A stretch of 64,000 nt of DNA from Candidatus Aminicenantes bacterium (GTDB lineage: Bacteria > Acidobacteriota > Aminicenantia > Aminicenantales > JAFGBC01), in contig OY969696.1 in assembly GCA_963702005.1 (NCBI GenBank), forward strand, positions 4,032,001 through 4,096,000, read 5' to 3'. Each line of letters begins with the position of its first letter. The stretch's first letter is position 1. The notes beneath the pieces were generated by a model that searched no databases, was not told where the DNA came from, and saw only the letters and a program-made list of their open reading frames with translations. Shown here piece by piece: positions 42,842 to 51,858 of this stretch. The translations under genes and the position numbers were made by a program.

Positions 42842-44329
42842 ATGAAGTCCAAAATCTTCGCCGCTCTCATGATCTGTCTGTTTCTTACCGGAGCCCTCTG
42901 GGCCCAGCAGCCCGGCGAGCAGAGCTACAGCGACAGCCCGAGCCTGCTCCAGGGGATCAAGGGCGAGCGGGTCCGGTCCGTCATCGACACCATAAACTCG
43001 AGCGACCCGGATCGAGTCCGCCGTTTTATCAACGAGGAATGCACCGGCTCCTTCCGGACGGGTATTCCGATGGACGAGCACGTCCAAACGCTTTTGGGAT
43101 TTTTCCGGCAAACCGGGGGCGTCGATTTCTTCGGCATCCGAAGCTATGTTCCCGAACGCAAGGGCGAAACCGTCGTTATCGTCAAGGACCGGAACCTGGA
43201 AAGCTGGTGGGGCATCACGCTCCGCTTCACGGAGAGCCCCGAAGCCCTGATCCAAGGCATCGGAATCAGCCCGGCTCGCGCGCCGTCAGGATTGAAGGAA
43301 GCGCCCCTGACCGAAGGCGAGTTCGCCGCGCAAACCAAGGCGCTTATCGACAAGCTCATTGCCAAGGGCGCATTTTCGGGGGCTCTCCTGGTCGCCAAGG
43401 GCGACAAAGTGCTGCTGACCTCGGCCGGCGGAGAAGCCAGCAAGGCCTTTCACGTCCCGAACAACGTCGACACCAAGTTCAACCTGGGATCGATGAACAA
43501 GATGTTCACCTCGACGGCGATCATGCGGCTGGTCGAACAGGGAAAACTCTCTCTCGACGACCCGATCTCCAAGTTCCTGGACGAGTCTTGGCTTCCTAAG
43601 TCCGTAACCGAAAAGATCACAATCCGCCATCTCCTGACCCACTCCTCCGGGCTGGGGAGCTACTTCAACGAGACCTATGACAAGAGCTCCCGGGCGCTCT
43701 TCCGCAAGCTCGACGACTACAAGCCCCTGATCAAGGACGACCGGCCGGCCTTCGAACCGGGCAGCCGCTTCCAGTACAGCAACACCGGGATGTTCCTGCT
43801 GGGCGTCGTCATCGAGAAGGTCACCGGCCAGGGTTATTTCGAACACATCCGAAAGGCCATCTACGAACCGGCCGGGATGACGAACAGCGACTCCTACGAG
43901 ATGGACGTCCCGGTCGAAAACCTGGCCATCGGGTACAGCCCCGATCCGTCCAGTCCCACCGGCTGGAGGAATAACCTTTATACTCACGTCATCAAGGGCG
44001 GTCCGGCCGGAGGCGGGTTCTCGACGGTCAAAGACCTCCACAAATTCGCCCTGGCCCTCCTGGCCGGGAAATACGTCTCTCCGGAGAGCCTGAAGATGAT
44101 GTGGACGGACCACCTCAAGGCCAACTACGGCTTCGGGTTCACGGTCGACCAAGGCCCCGCCGGCAAGGTCGTCGGGCACAGCGGCGGCTTCAGCGGGATC
44201 AACTCCGAGCTCGATATCTACCTGGATTCCGGGACTATCGTCGCCGTTATGTCCAACATCGATATGGGCGCGAGCCCGCTCGCCCGCAAGCTCGGCCAGT
44301 GGCTGGCCCGGGTCGGACCTGCGAAATAG
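42842..44329 (+). CDS. Serine hydrolase (beta-lactamase family, S12)
   Basis: SMNK (SxxK), LLTHSSG, YSN, GHSGG; signal peptide. Confidence 0.92.
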   Translation: MKSKIFAALMICLFLTGALWAQQPGEQSYSDSPSLLQGIKGERVRSVIDTINSSDPDRVRRFINEECTGSFRTGIPMDEHVQTLLGFFRQTGGVDFFGIRSYVPERKGETVVIVKDRNLESWWGITLRFTESPEALIQGIGISPARAPSGLKEAPLTEGEFAAQTKALIDKLIAKGAFSGALLVAKGDKVLLTSAGGEASKAFHVPNNVDTKFNLGSMNKMFTSTAIMRLVEQGKLSLDDPISKFLDESWLPKSVTEKITIRHLLTHSSGLGSYFNETYDKSSRALFRKLDDYKPLIKDDRPAFEPGSRFQYSNTGMFLLGVVIEKVTGQGYFEHIRKAIYEPAGMTNSDSYEMDVPVENLAIGYSPDPSSPTGWRNNLYTHVIKGGPAGGGFSTVKDLHKFALALLAGKYVSPESLKMMWTDHLKANYGFGFTVDQGPAGKVVGHSGGFSGINSELDIYLDSGTIVAVMSNIDMGASPLARKLGQWLARVGPAK

Positions 44330-44364
44330 TCAAACCCTCGACACTTCTATGATGGCGAAACGCA

Positions 44365-44520
44365 AGCCCCGAGAGTCTTTTTTCTTATCTTCGTTCCTTA
44401 TGGCTGCCTCGGTTTCTTGAACCACCCTTCTATCCGCGCCTCTAAGCGCACTGTAATATCCGGTCTCGGCTCCTAAACCTCATGGAGAACGCGACTCTCG
44501 CGAGTCCGTTAAGTGTCGTC
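44365..44520 (-). ncRNA. Putative bridge RNA/seekRNA of the IS1111-type element
   Basis: Two hairpin-centred loops whose flanks match the target (CGACACT, TCCATGAG) and the donor (ATATTAC, ATAGAAG); RNA ends are approximate. Confidence 0.8.
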
Positions 44521-45552
44521 CTAGGCAGCCGATCGATTCATGTCCGGGAGATACGTTCTTTTCTCGGTCAAGATGCGATAGATAATGGTCAGGAGCCGCC
44601 GCGCCACCGCGATCTTGGCCGCGTTCGGCCCCTTCCGCCTGGCCAGCCGGTTGTAGAGGACTCGAAGTCCTAGGTCTTTCTTGATCGCCGGATAGACCGC
44701 CTCCAGCGCCGCCCATCTCAGCCAGGCGCTCCCCTGTTTGGTGATCCGCCCATGATATGTCCGCTCTCCCGACGCATAGGTCGAAGGAATTACCCCGGCG
44801 TAGGAGTGAAGATGGGCCGGACTGGAAAACCGTTGGATATCCGCGATCTCCACCGCGACCAGTACCGCCAGCGTCGTGGCAAAACCCGGGATGCTGTCGA
44901 TGCGGGAGGCCTCCTCGATCGTTCCATACAAGGCTTGGACCCTTCCATCCGACGCCTTGATATGAGCTTGGGTTTCTTGATGTCCCCGCAGAAGATCGTC
45001 CAAGACCATCTTGTCCGGTCCCTCCAAGGGAAGCCGGCTGAGGAACTCGATCCCGCGGCCGCTGAACAGCCCGCCCGTTCGCTTGTCCACCTCCAGCCGG
45101 ATCTCTTCCTTCTGCTGAGCCAAGAGCGCCCGGATCTTGTTCTTGATTTCCGTCTGGATCCGAACCCAATAGGCCCGGGCTCTCAGCACTCTTTGCGCTT
45201 GCCGGTTCGCCTCGCCTCGTTGATAGATTTCCGGAATCAGGTCCGCCCGTAAAAGCTGGGCCAGTGTCCGGGAATCCCGCTTGTCCGTCTTGATCCGGGC
45301 ATGGGCGATCGCTTTGACCTGAAGCGCATTCGCCATTTTCACCTCGCCGCCCAGTTCCCTGAGAAGATCCGCCATCACATAGGAGGACCGCCCAGCTTCG
45401 AGAACGGCCGTGAACGGATGAAACCCCTTGAGGAAGGTCTCGACATTCCTCCTGAGGTTGAAGACGCGCCCCGTCTTCAGTTCCCGTCCGTCTTCGGCCA
45501 GAACCGTCAGCTGAGAGGCTTGCTTGTGATGGTCGACACCGATAAAATACAT
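44521..45552 (-). CDS. IS110-family DEDD recombinase/transposase
   Basis: IGVD, LEAG, KTDKRD, SIPGF, YAGVIP...ASG (catalytic Ser region), AVARRLL. Confidence 0.95.
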   Translation of the reverse strand: MYFIGVDHHKQASQLTVLAEDGRELKTGRVFNLRRNVETFLKGFHPFTAVLEAGRSSYVMADLLRELGGEVKMANALQVKAIAHARIKTDKRDSRTLAQLLRADLIPEIYQRGEANRQAQRVLRARAYWVRIQTEIKNKIRALLAQQKEEIRLEVDKRTGGLFSGRGIEFLSRLPLEGPDKMVLDDLLRGHQETQAHIKASDGRVQALYGTIEEASRIDSIPGFATTLAVLVAVEIADIQRFSSPAHLHSYAGVIPSTYASGERTYHGRITKQGSAWLRWAALEAVYPAIKKDLGLRVLYNRLARRKGPNAAKIAVARRLLTIIYRILTEKRTYLPDMNRSAA

Positions 45553-45641
45553 CTGCGCACCTCCTTAAAAGAATTTGAGTCGACGTGTAATCTATCACAG
45601 TATTACCCGTCAGGGAGGTGCGTTTCGCTATCATGTTACCT

Positions 45642-45815
45642 CATGGAAGCCCTGAGTGCAGGCGTTTCGCAGTACTCATACTAAACGGGAAACGGTTTAG
45701 TATGGGTGCTGCAAGGCTGCTACCGGGCATGAAGGCCGGCACTCATAAGCCGTTTCCGGCTTATGGGTACTGCGAAACCGCCGCACTCATGAACCGGAAA
45801 CGGTTCAGCGGTTAA
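45642..45815. repeat. REP-like hairpin cluster, the remainder of the element interrupted by IS110
   Basis: Hairpins 45669-45712, 45739-45770 and 45790-45807; nested IR 45661-45680/45762-45782; shares sequence with 16857-16941. Confidence 0.85.
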
Positions 45816-45944
45816 GACCTCCCGTCAACCTGTTCGAAACTCTTCGGGCGCATTCCCACCCCTGTGGCTTGGAGACTTTTTGAATGAGTGCTGCATGCTT
45901 AGTGTGCCCCGTCCTATCCTCCGGGGAGGACCCCCTCAGGCGGG

Positions 45945-47393
45945 TCAGCGCTTCAACAGGGTCGGAGGGCCCTCGGGGATAAAAGGCTTGTAGACCACGC
46001 CCTTGGTTTTCTCCCGGAATTCGGCCTGAACGGCCTCGAGGATCTTGGCGTCTTCGAACAGGTCCACCATCGTCGTCGCCAGAGCCTTGGCCGCGTAGAC
46101 CAGCCCTTTGTGGCCGATCGACATCCCTCCGCAGGCGACGACGGGCCAGGCGTGCCAGGGAGCGTCCACGGGCGCCGTAGTGGCGTTCATGCTCAGGGTG
46201 GGAACGATCCAGCTCACGTCGCCGACGTCCGTCGAGCCGCCTTCCGGATCCGGCTTCGGCGCCGACCACGGCTGGACCGCGCCGTCGAGGCCCTTCGGGT
46301 CTATGCCCGTCGCGCGCTGGATCTCTTTGGCGAATTCCTGCTCCTCCGGCGTGAACTTGATCGGGCCGAGCCTCATGAGGTTGGCGAACATCACTTTTTC
46401 CCCGGTCAGGTTGACGAGGGTCTCCCAGTTGCCCCCCTGCACCGTGATCTTCGATTCGACTTCAGCCATCATGGCCGCACCCTCGGCGATCCGGCGCGCC
46501 CAGGCGAGAAGCTGCTCCACCCCGGCCCCCTTCGAATCGCGAAGCCAGCACCAGAGCCTGGCGTAGGCCGGCACGACGTTCGGCACGTCGCCCCCGTTCA
46601 GAATCGAGTAGTGCATTCGGACGGTGGGCTTGACGAATTCGCGCATGCGGTTCAAGCCCGTGACGAAGAGCTCCAGAGCGGCCACCGCGCTGCGGCCGTT
46701 CCAGGGGTCGCCCGCCGCGTGCGCGGTTTTGCCCTTGAACTCCAGGATAAAGTCGACGATGGCCTGCGAGCCGTCAACGGAGACCCGGGTCTTCTCGTCG
46801 GGGTGCCAGGCCAGGCAGACATCGAGGTCCTTGAAGAACCCCTCCCGGATCATGTACACCTTGCCGCCGACGGCTTCTTCGGCGGGCGTCCCGTAGAACC
46901 GGATCGTCCCCTTGAGTTTGCCCGCGGCCATCAGGTCCTTGACGGCCAGGGCGGCCCCGAGGGCCGCCGTGCCCAGGAGGTTGTGCCCACAGCCATGGCC
47001 CGGCGAACCGGCCTGCAGGGCTTCCTTCACAGGCTGGACTCTCTGGGACAGGCCCGGCAGGGCGTCGTATTCGCCCAAAACTCCGATGATCGGCCGGCCC
47101 TCCCCGTAGCTCGCCACGAACGCGGTCGGCATGCCGGCCACGCCGCGTTCGACCGTGAAGCCTTGTTTTTCGGCATAGTCCGCGAGCAGCTTCGAGGAAC
47201 TCGTCTCCAGCAAGGCGGTTTCGGCGAACGCCCAGACCTGATCGCTCAGGCCGATGATTTCGGTTCTGTGTTTTTCGATGGAGGCAACAGCTTCCTCTTT
47301 TTTCTTGACGGAGGCGCCGGCCGCCAGCTGGGAAATAATCAACAGAGCGGCGAGCAGGACTACGGCGTTCGGAAGACGTGTTTTCATCGGCAT
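45945..47393 (-). CDS. M20 amidohydrolase, AbgB-like, secreted
   Basis: EYDALPG, HGCGHN, GTPAEE, WHP, GSTDVGDVSW. Confidence 0.9.
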   Translation of the reverse strand: MPMKTRLPNAVVLLAALLIISQLAAGASVKKKEEAVASIEKHRTEIIGLSDQVWAFAETALLETSSSKLLADYAEKQGFTVERGVAGMPTAFVASYGEGRPIIGVLGEYDALPGLSQRVQPVKEALQAGSPGHGCGHNLLGTAALGAALAVKDLMAAGKLKGTIRFYGTPAEEAVGGKVYMIREGFFKDLDVCLAWHPDEKTRVSVDGSQAIVDFILEFKGKTAHAAGDPWNGRSAVAALELFVTGLNRMREFVKPTVRMHYSILNGGDVPNVVPAYARLWCWLRDSKGAGVEQLLAWARRIAEGAAMMAEVESKITVQGGNWETLVNLTGEKVMFANLMRLGPIKFTPEEQEFAKEIQRATGIDPKGLDGAVQPWSAPKPDPEGGSTDVGDVSWIVPTLSMNATTAPVDAPWHAWPVVACGGMSIGHKGLVYAAKALATTMVDLFEDAKILEAVQAEFREKTKGVVYKPFIPEGPPTLLKR

Positions 47394-47608
47394 CCTCTCT
47401 TTCGTTTCAAGCCGGAATTCGAAGCGAGTGTGAAGTGACCCGGCCCCGTCCGGAAAGACTATATAGCTTCGTTCGAACGGCTGTCAAGAAGGGTGCGCGC
47501 TGCACCTCATCGAACCGTTCATTCCGCTATCGGTTCGGAAATCGTAATTCAGGTGGATAGGATTTTGCTTTTTCCGTGCGGGCTGAATTCTCAGTCTGAA
47601 CGATGAAT

Positions 47609-47637
47609 CTTTCCCCCTGACCCATGCCGGAATTTTA
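47609..47637 (+). repeat. 29-bp direct repeat, copy 1
   Basis: ctttccccctgacccatgccggaatttta, identical to 50310-50338. Confidence 0.9.
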
Positions 47638-47684
47638 TCTCCGGCCCGGCGGCGGCGGGAGGGTGAGAATCCGGAGAAATCCGG

Positions 47685-48716
47685 CTACCATACTTTTTCG
47701 GAGTGCAGATCCCAGGCTTCGTCCTCGTCGTTATATCGAAGATAGAAATAACGGCCTTGGTAGAAACAGAAAAGGATGCCGTTGGATAGACGGCCGGTAA
47801 AGGGGAGGAAGATCCTCCGCAATTCACGCCCTTGCTGGTCGAAGACGGCGAATTCCGCCGTATCCGGGCCGTACTTATAGGTTCGGGTGACGAATTTCCC
47901 GTCGACGACGTCAAAATAATCGAGCCCCGGCGTGGCGTCGGGAAAGTAGAGACGCTTTTCGAATTCCTGCCATCTCGGCCTCATCTCCGGATCCTCCCTG
48001 ATGGGCTTGAGGATGGCCTCTTTCACGGCGGCCGTGATCTTGACCGGTTCCAGGGGCAGGCGGATCTCTTTTTGCCGGAGGCCGTTCTCGTCATAGACCG
48101 TGATGATCGATTCCTTTCCCGAAGCGATGACGAAGATTTGATCGTCTGACACCCGGGCCGAATAATAATCCCCCACGAGGTTGATCTTCTCGATGTTCAT
48201 CGATTCCCTTTGCGCGCCGATCTCTCTGATCAGCTTGAAATCTTTGTCGTATAAACGGATCGTCGTGACGACTCCCGTGGAGTCGAATTGAACATCCCTG
48301 GCCAGGAAATTCTCGCCGAGGCGATAGATCCCTCCTTTAAACACCCCGATGGTGAGCTTGATCTCATTGATGTACTCGCCCTCCAAGGAAAAGCGGGCGA
48401 GCTTATTGGAGCCCGGAATATCCAGGTGATCTTTGAAGACGCTGACGCGGTGAATGAAATCAAATTCGCCGGGGCCCTGCCCTTCGCGTCCAAAGGTTTT
48501 GACGAACGAGACGCCCTTGGCGCCGATCGTGAAAAGATGCACGGCCGCGGAATTCTCCACGATATAGACCCTGCCGTCGGAGATCGTGACAAAAAAGGGA
48601 TTCATCACCTGGGGCAGCTTGGCGACCAGCTCCCCCGCTGCCGGCTTGGCGGCGAACATTATGCCCAAAACAGAAATGAGTCCGAAAAATCGGAAAAGCG
48701 TCTTTCGACCTTTCAT
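47685..48716 (-). CDS. 6-bladed beta-propeller exported protein
   Basis: Signal peptide; FGREGQGPGEF motif. Confidence 0.8.
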   Translation of the reverse strand: MKGRKTLFRFFGLISVLGIMFAAKPAAGELVAKLPQVMNPFFVTISDGRVYIVENSAAVHLFTIGAKGVSFVKTFGREGQGPGEFDFIHRVSVFKDHLDIPGSNKLARFSLEGEYINEIKLTIGVFKGGIYRLGENFLARDVQFDSTGVVTTIRLYDKDFKLIREIGAQRESMNIEKINLVGDYYSARVSDDQIFVIASGKESIITVYDENGLRQKEIRLPLEPVKITAAVKEAILKPIREDPEMRPRWQEFEKRLYFPDATPGLDYFDVVDGKFVTRTYKYGPDTAEFAVFDQQGRELRRIFLPFTGRLSNGILFCFYQGRYFYLRYNDEDEAWDLHSEKVW

Positions 48717-48828
48717 CCAAACCTCCCTTGGCGAGGAAACGTCTCTCCGGACCTTGAATCTCCTTCGGTAACGATGCCTCCCCTCATAAATTGATGATAT
48801 CGCCGGCCGCGGGTCGTAGTCAACCCCT

Positions 48829-50178
48829 CGCATTGAATCACGTAAAATGTTACCGAAGGAAAGCCCGTTGAATCATATAAAATGTTACCCAAATCTCCTA
48901 AAGGATAGGGTGACATGGATAGGATGGACATGCGATCACGAGAACAGTATCTGAAAGCTCTCTTGGGACGGTATCTCAGGGCCCGAAAAAGGGGGAAGAG
49001 CGCGCTTTTAGACGAATACTGCCGCAATACGGGCCTGGCGCGCAAGTCTGTTCTGCGGAAGATGGCCAGCCTCCTTAAGGGGGACTCGCGGCCCCGGAAG
49101 GCGAGACGGCGGGTGTACGGAAGGCCTGTGCGGGTGGCCCTAGAGACGCTCTGGGAGATCTTCGATCGGCCTTGCGGCCAGAGGCTGAAGCCCTTGGTCG
49201 AGGAGGAGTTGGGTAGGCTTCGCGCTTTGGGTGAGCTTGAGGTCGATGAGAAGACCGCCCGGCAACTTCGGCGGGTCTCGCCGGCCACGATCGACCGCCT
49301 CCTGAAGTCGAGGAAGACCGAATGGATCGCCCAACGGCGCTACGGGCGGGTCGGGGGGAATCTCATCGCCAAGAAGATCCCGCTGAAAATGACCGATTGG
49401 GACCTCCACCAAGTCGGGTTCCTGGAGATGGACTTGGTTCTCCACTGCGGGGCTTCGACGGCCGGCGAGTATGCCCACAGCCTCTCCGCCCTGGAGATCG
49501 GCTCGACCTGGTGGGAGGGCGAGGCGGTAATGGGCCGCGCCCAGGGCCGGATTTTCGATGCTATCAAGAAGATCCGGGCCAGGACCCCCTTCACCTGGCG
49601 GGGGATCGACTCGGACAACGACAACGCCTTCATCAACGATCAGCTCTACCGGTACACCCAGGAGGAGGGACTGGCCTTCACCCGGTCCCGGCCCTATCGC
49701 AAGAACGACAACGCCTATATCGAACAGAAGAACTTCACCCATGTCCGCCGGCCGCTGGGCTACCTGCGCTATGACACCCCCGAAGAGCTGAACCTGATAA
49801 ACGATCTATACAGAAACGAGCTGCGGCTCTTCAAGAACTTCTTCCAGCCGGTAATGAGACTCGAGCGCAAGGAACGGGTCGATGGGAAGACCCGCAGGCG
49901 CTATGCGAAGCCCCAGACGCCCTATCGGATCCTCCGGGAGTTGGGGCAACTCCCCCCGGAGGCCCTCAAAACCCTGGACGACCTCTATCGCAGTCTCAAT
50001 CCCGCCGACTTGAAGCGTCGGATCGACCAGAAGCTGAAGAGACTTTTTACCCTGTATGAGAAGAAACGCAAGGGGCTTGTCCAGGTCGATCCTTACAAAA
50101 AACTCGATCCTTCTTCGGTATCATTTTCGGTGATGCAATGACTACCGTTTCGGTAACATGGTTATATGAGTTGACACG
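48829..50178 (+). mobile_element. DDE insertion sequence (ISNCY/IS481-like integrase-core type) with reiterated sub-terminal repeats
   Basis: Left cattgaatcacgtaaaatgttaccgaag vs right (reverse complement) cattgcatcaccgaaaatgataccgaag; two motif copies per end; flanking cccct(cg) direct repeat. Confidence 0.85.
48915..50141 (+). CDS. DDE transposase (integrase core)
   Basis: EMDLVLH, GIDSDND, RSRPYRKNDNAYIEQKN. Confidence 0.92.
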   Translation: MDRMDMRSREQYLKALLGRYLRARKRGKSALLDEYCRNTGLARKSVLRKMASLLKGDSRPRKARRRVYGRPVRVALETLWEIFDRPCGQRLKPLVEEELGRLRALGELEVDEKTARQLRRVSPATIDRLLKSRKTEWIAQRRYGRVGGNLIAKKIPLKMTDWDLHQVGFLEMDLVLHCGASTAGEYAHSLSALEIGSTWWEGEAVMGRAQGRIFDAIKKIRARTPFTWRGIDSDNDNAFINDQLYRYTQEEGLAFTRSRPYRKNDNAYIEQKNFTHVRRPLGYLRYDTPEELNLINDLYRNELRLFKNFFQPVMRLERKERVDGKTRRRYAKPQTPYRILRELGQLPPEALKTLDDLYRSLNPADLKRRIDQKLKRLFTLYEKKRKGLVQVDPYKKLDPSSVSFSVMQ

Positions 50179-50283
50179 CCCCTCGACTCCCCGGCATGAA
50201 GCCGGGGCTTGTTCGGGGTTAACCCTGAGCCTCGCTTCTCATCCCCGCCTTTCAGGGCGGGGTGGCGTCGGCGAACGGGTCAA
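50179..50283 (+). repeat. Modular palindromic element interrupted by the DDE IS (left stub at 48820-48830)
   Basis: cccctcgactccccggcatgaagccgggg...ccccgcctttcagggcgggg...cgtcggcgaacgggtcaa. Confidence 0.88.
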
Positions 50284-50309
50284 GAACCAGCAAAGCGACC
50301 AGAACCGGG

Positions 50310-50338
50310 CTTTCCCCCTGACCCATGCCGGAATTTTA
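50310..50338 (+). repeat. 29-bp direct repeat, copy 2
   Basis: Identical to 47609-47637. Confidence 0.9.
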
Positions 50339-50424
50339 ATAGTCGATGTTCTCCTCAGCCGCCGCGAGCGAGACCTGCCTGAAGACGTGGGAGGGCGGGG
50401 GGCTTCTCGGCCGCAAACGTCAGC

Positions 50425-50589
50425 TCAGCGGATGAGGTTGGCCAGGAGGCCGCCGAAGACGGCCCAGTAGATCATCGACCGGTAGCGGTTGCTGGTGATA
50501 TAACAGGCGCCGCTCCGGCAGCCGATCAGACGGTAATAAAGCAAGCCCACGCCGGCCCCGGCCACGACGCCGACAATAATCTTTATCAT
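50425..50589 (-). CDS. Small membrane protein, DUF6132-like (54 aa; below the ORF-track cutoff)
   Basis: Manual translation MIKIIVGVVAGAGVGLLYYRLIGCRSGACYITSNRYRSMIYWAVFGGLLANLIR. Confidence 0.8.
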   Translation of the reverse strand: MIKIIVGVVAGAGVGLLYYRLIGCRSGACYITSNRYRSMIYWAVFGGLLANLIR

Positions 50590-50733
50590 CTGAACTCGCT
50601 TTCCCGAAAACTATTTCTTCAGTGCGGTGTCATTATTATTGCAGGCGGCGGCGCTTCTGTCTATGGATACGGAGAAGAAAGCCGGGAGTCAGGCGGCTTT
50701 GCACAAAGTGACAGAGTGTAGGTTTGACCCTGG

Positions 50734-51156
50734 TTAAAAAAGGCCGGTTGAGCCGAAGCCGTTCTCGCCGCGCGGAGTGTCGTCGAGCGTCTCGCTCTCG
50801 ACGACCTTGATCTCGGACACGGGCTGGATGAGGAGCTGGGCGATTTTCATCCCGGCCTTGATGGGGAAGGGCGCCGTCCCCAGGTTGATCAGCACGACCT
50901 GGATCTCGCCCCTGTAGCAAGCGTCGATGACGCCGGCCAGCCGATGGACGCCCTTGAGCGATATTCCGCTCTTGTCCCAGACAAGACCGGCGAAGCCCTT
51001 GGGGATCGAGACCTGGATTCCGGTCGGGACCGCCCGCAGGTCCCCGGGCGGTATCTCCAAGTCCCGGCAGGAGAACAGGTCGAGCCCGGCGTCGCCGGGA
51101 TGGCCCTGGATCGGAAGCTTCGCTTCGGGATGAATGCGTTTAACCTTGAGCTCCAT
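50734..51156 (-). CDS. dut: dUTP diphosphatase
   Basis: AGLDL, KSG, GVIDACYRGEI, IAQL, RGENGFGSTG. Confidence 0.95.
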   Translation of the reverse strand: MELKVKRIHPEAKLPIQGHPGDAGLDLFSCRDLEIPPGDLRAVPTGIQVSIPKGFAGLVWDKSGISLKGVHRLAGVIDACYRGEIQVVLINLGTAPFPIKAGMKIAQLLIQPVSEIKVVESETLDDTPRGENGFGSTGLF

Positions 51157-51159
51157 ACC

Positions 51160-51858
51160 TCACGCCCCTTCCAGGCGAACTTCCTCGAAATAGGGCCGGA
51201 CCGCGTCCGCCAGCTTCTCCATGGTCTCCCTGCAGTAAGGTTTGACCTTAAGGAATTCCGGGTCCAGGGTGTTCCGGGGGGAAAAGACCTGCAATTGAAA
51301 GAGAGCGGCGCCTTTGAGCCAGCATCCGATCGCGACGAGATCCTCCTCGCCGATCAGCCCGGGCACGGCCGTCGTCCGGAACATGTGCTCGAGGCCGGAA
51401 CCCCTGAGGATGTCCGCGCTCCTTCGGATGTCGTCCTCGTTCACCTCGCTCCGGACCGTCGGCCAATACTTGCCGGGCGCGGCCTTGACGTCCATGGCGA
51501 CCGCGTCGACCAGGCCGGTCCGGATGACCTCCTCGAGCCGCCCGGGAAGCGATCCGTTCGTGTCGAGCTTGACCCGAAAGCCGCGCTCCTTGACGATCCG
51601 GAGCAGAGTTTCGAGCTCGGGCGCCAGGAGCGGCTCGCCGCCCGAAACGCAGACGGCTTCGAGCCAGCCCTTGCGCTCGTCGAGGAAGGCCAGGAACTCC
51701 GCCCCGTCGATGTCGGGGAGCGTCGCTGGCCGGAGGACGAGGTCGGCGTTGTGGCAGAACGGACAGCGGAAATTGCAGCCGCCCAGGAAAACGGTTGCCG
51801 TGATGTAGCCCGGATAGTCCTTGGAGGCGAACTTTTCTAAGCCCTTGATCGCGACCAC
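51160..51858 (-). CDS. nrdG: Anaerobic ribonucleotide reductase activating enzyme
   Basis: DYPG, GCNFRCPFCHN, SGGEP, KLDTNG; adjacent to nrdD. Confidence 0.92.
   Translation of the reverse strand: MVAIKGLEKFASKDYPGYITATVFLGGCNFRCPFCHNADLVLRPATLPDIDGAEFLAFLDERKGWLEAVCVSGGEPLLAPELETLLRIVKERGFRVKLDTNGSLPGRLEEVIRTGLVDAVAMDVKAAPGKYWPTVRSEVNEDDIRRSADILRGSGLEHMFRTTAVPGLIGEEDLVAIGCWLKGAALFQLQVFSPRNTLDPEFLKVKPYCRETMEKLADAVRPYFEEVRLEGA

Larger units (their letters stand above)
44344..45641 (-). mobile_element. Complete IS110-family (IS1111 group) insertion sequence
   Basis: Sub-terminal IRs 44349-44364 and 45619-45634 (15/16 match); CT core at both junctions; long non-coding region downstream of the recombinase. 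Confidence 0.92.

Noticed and set aside
45642-45815. Hairpin cluster as a CRISPR array
   Set aside because: Units vary in sequence and orientation, there are no regular unique spacers, and no cas genes are present
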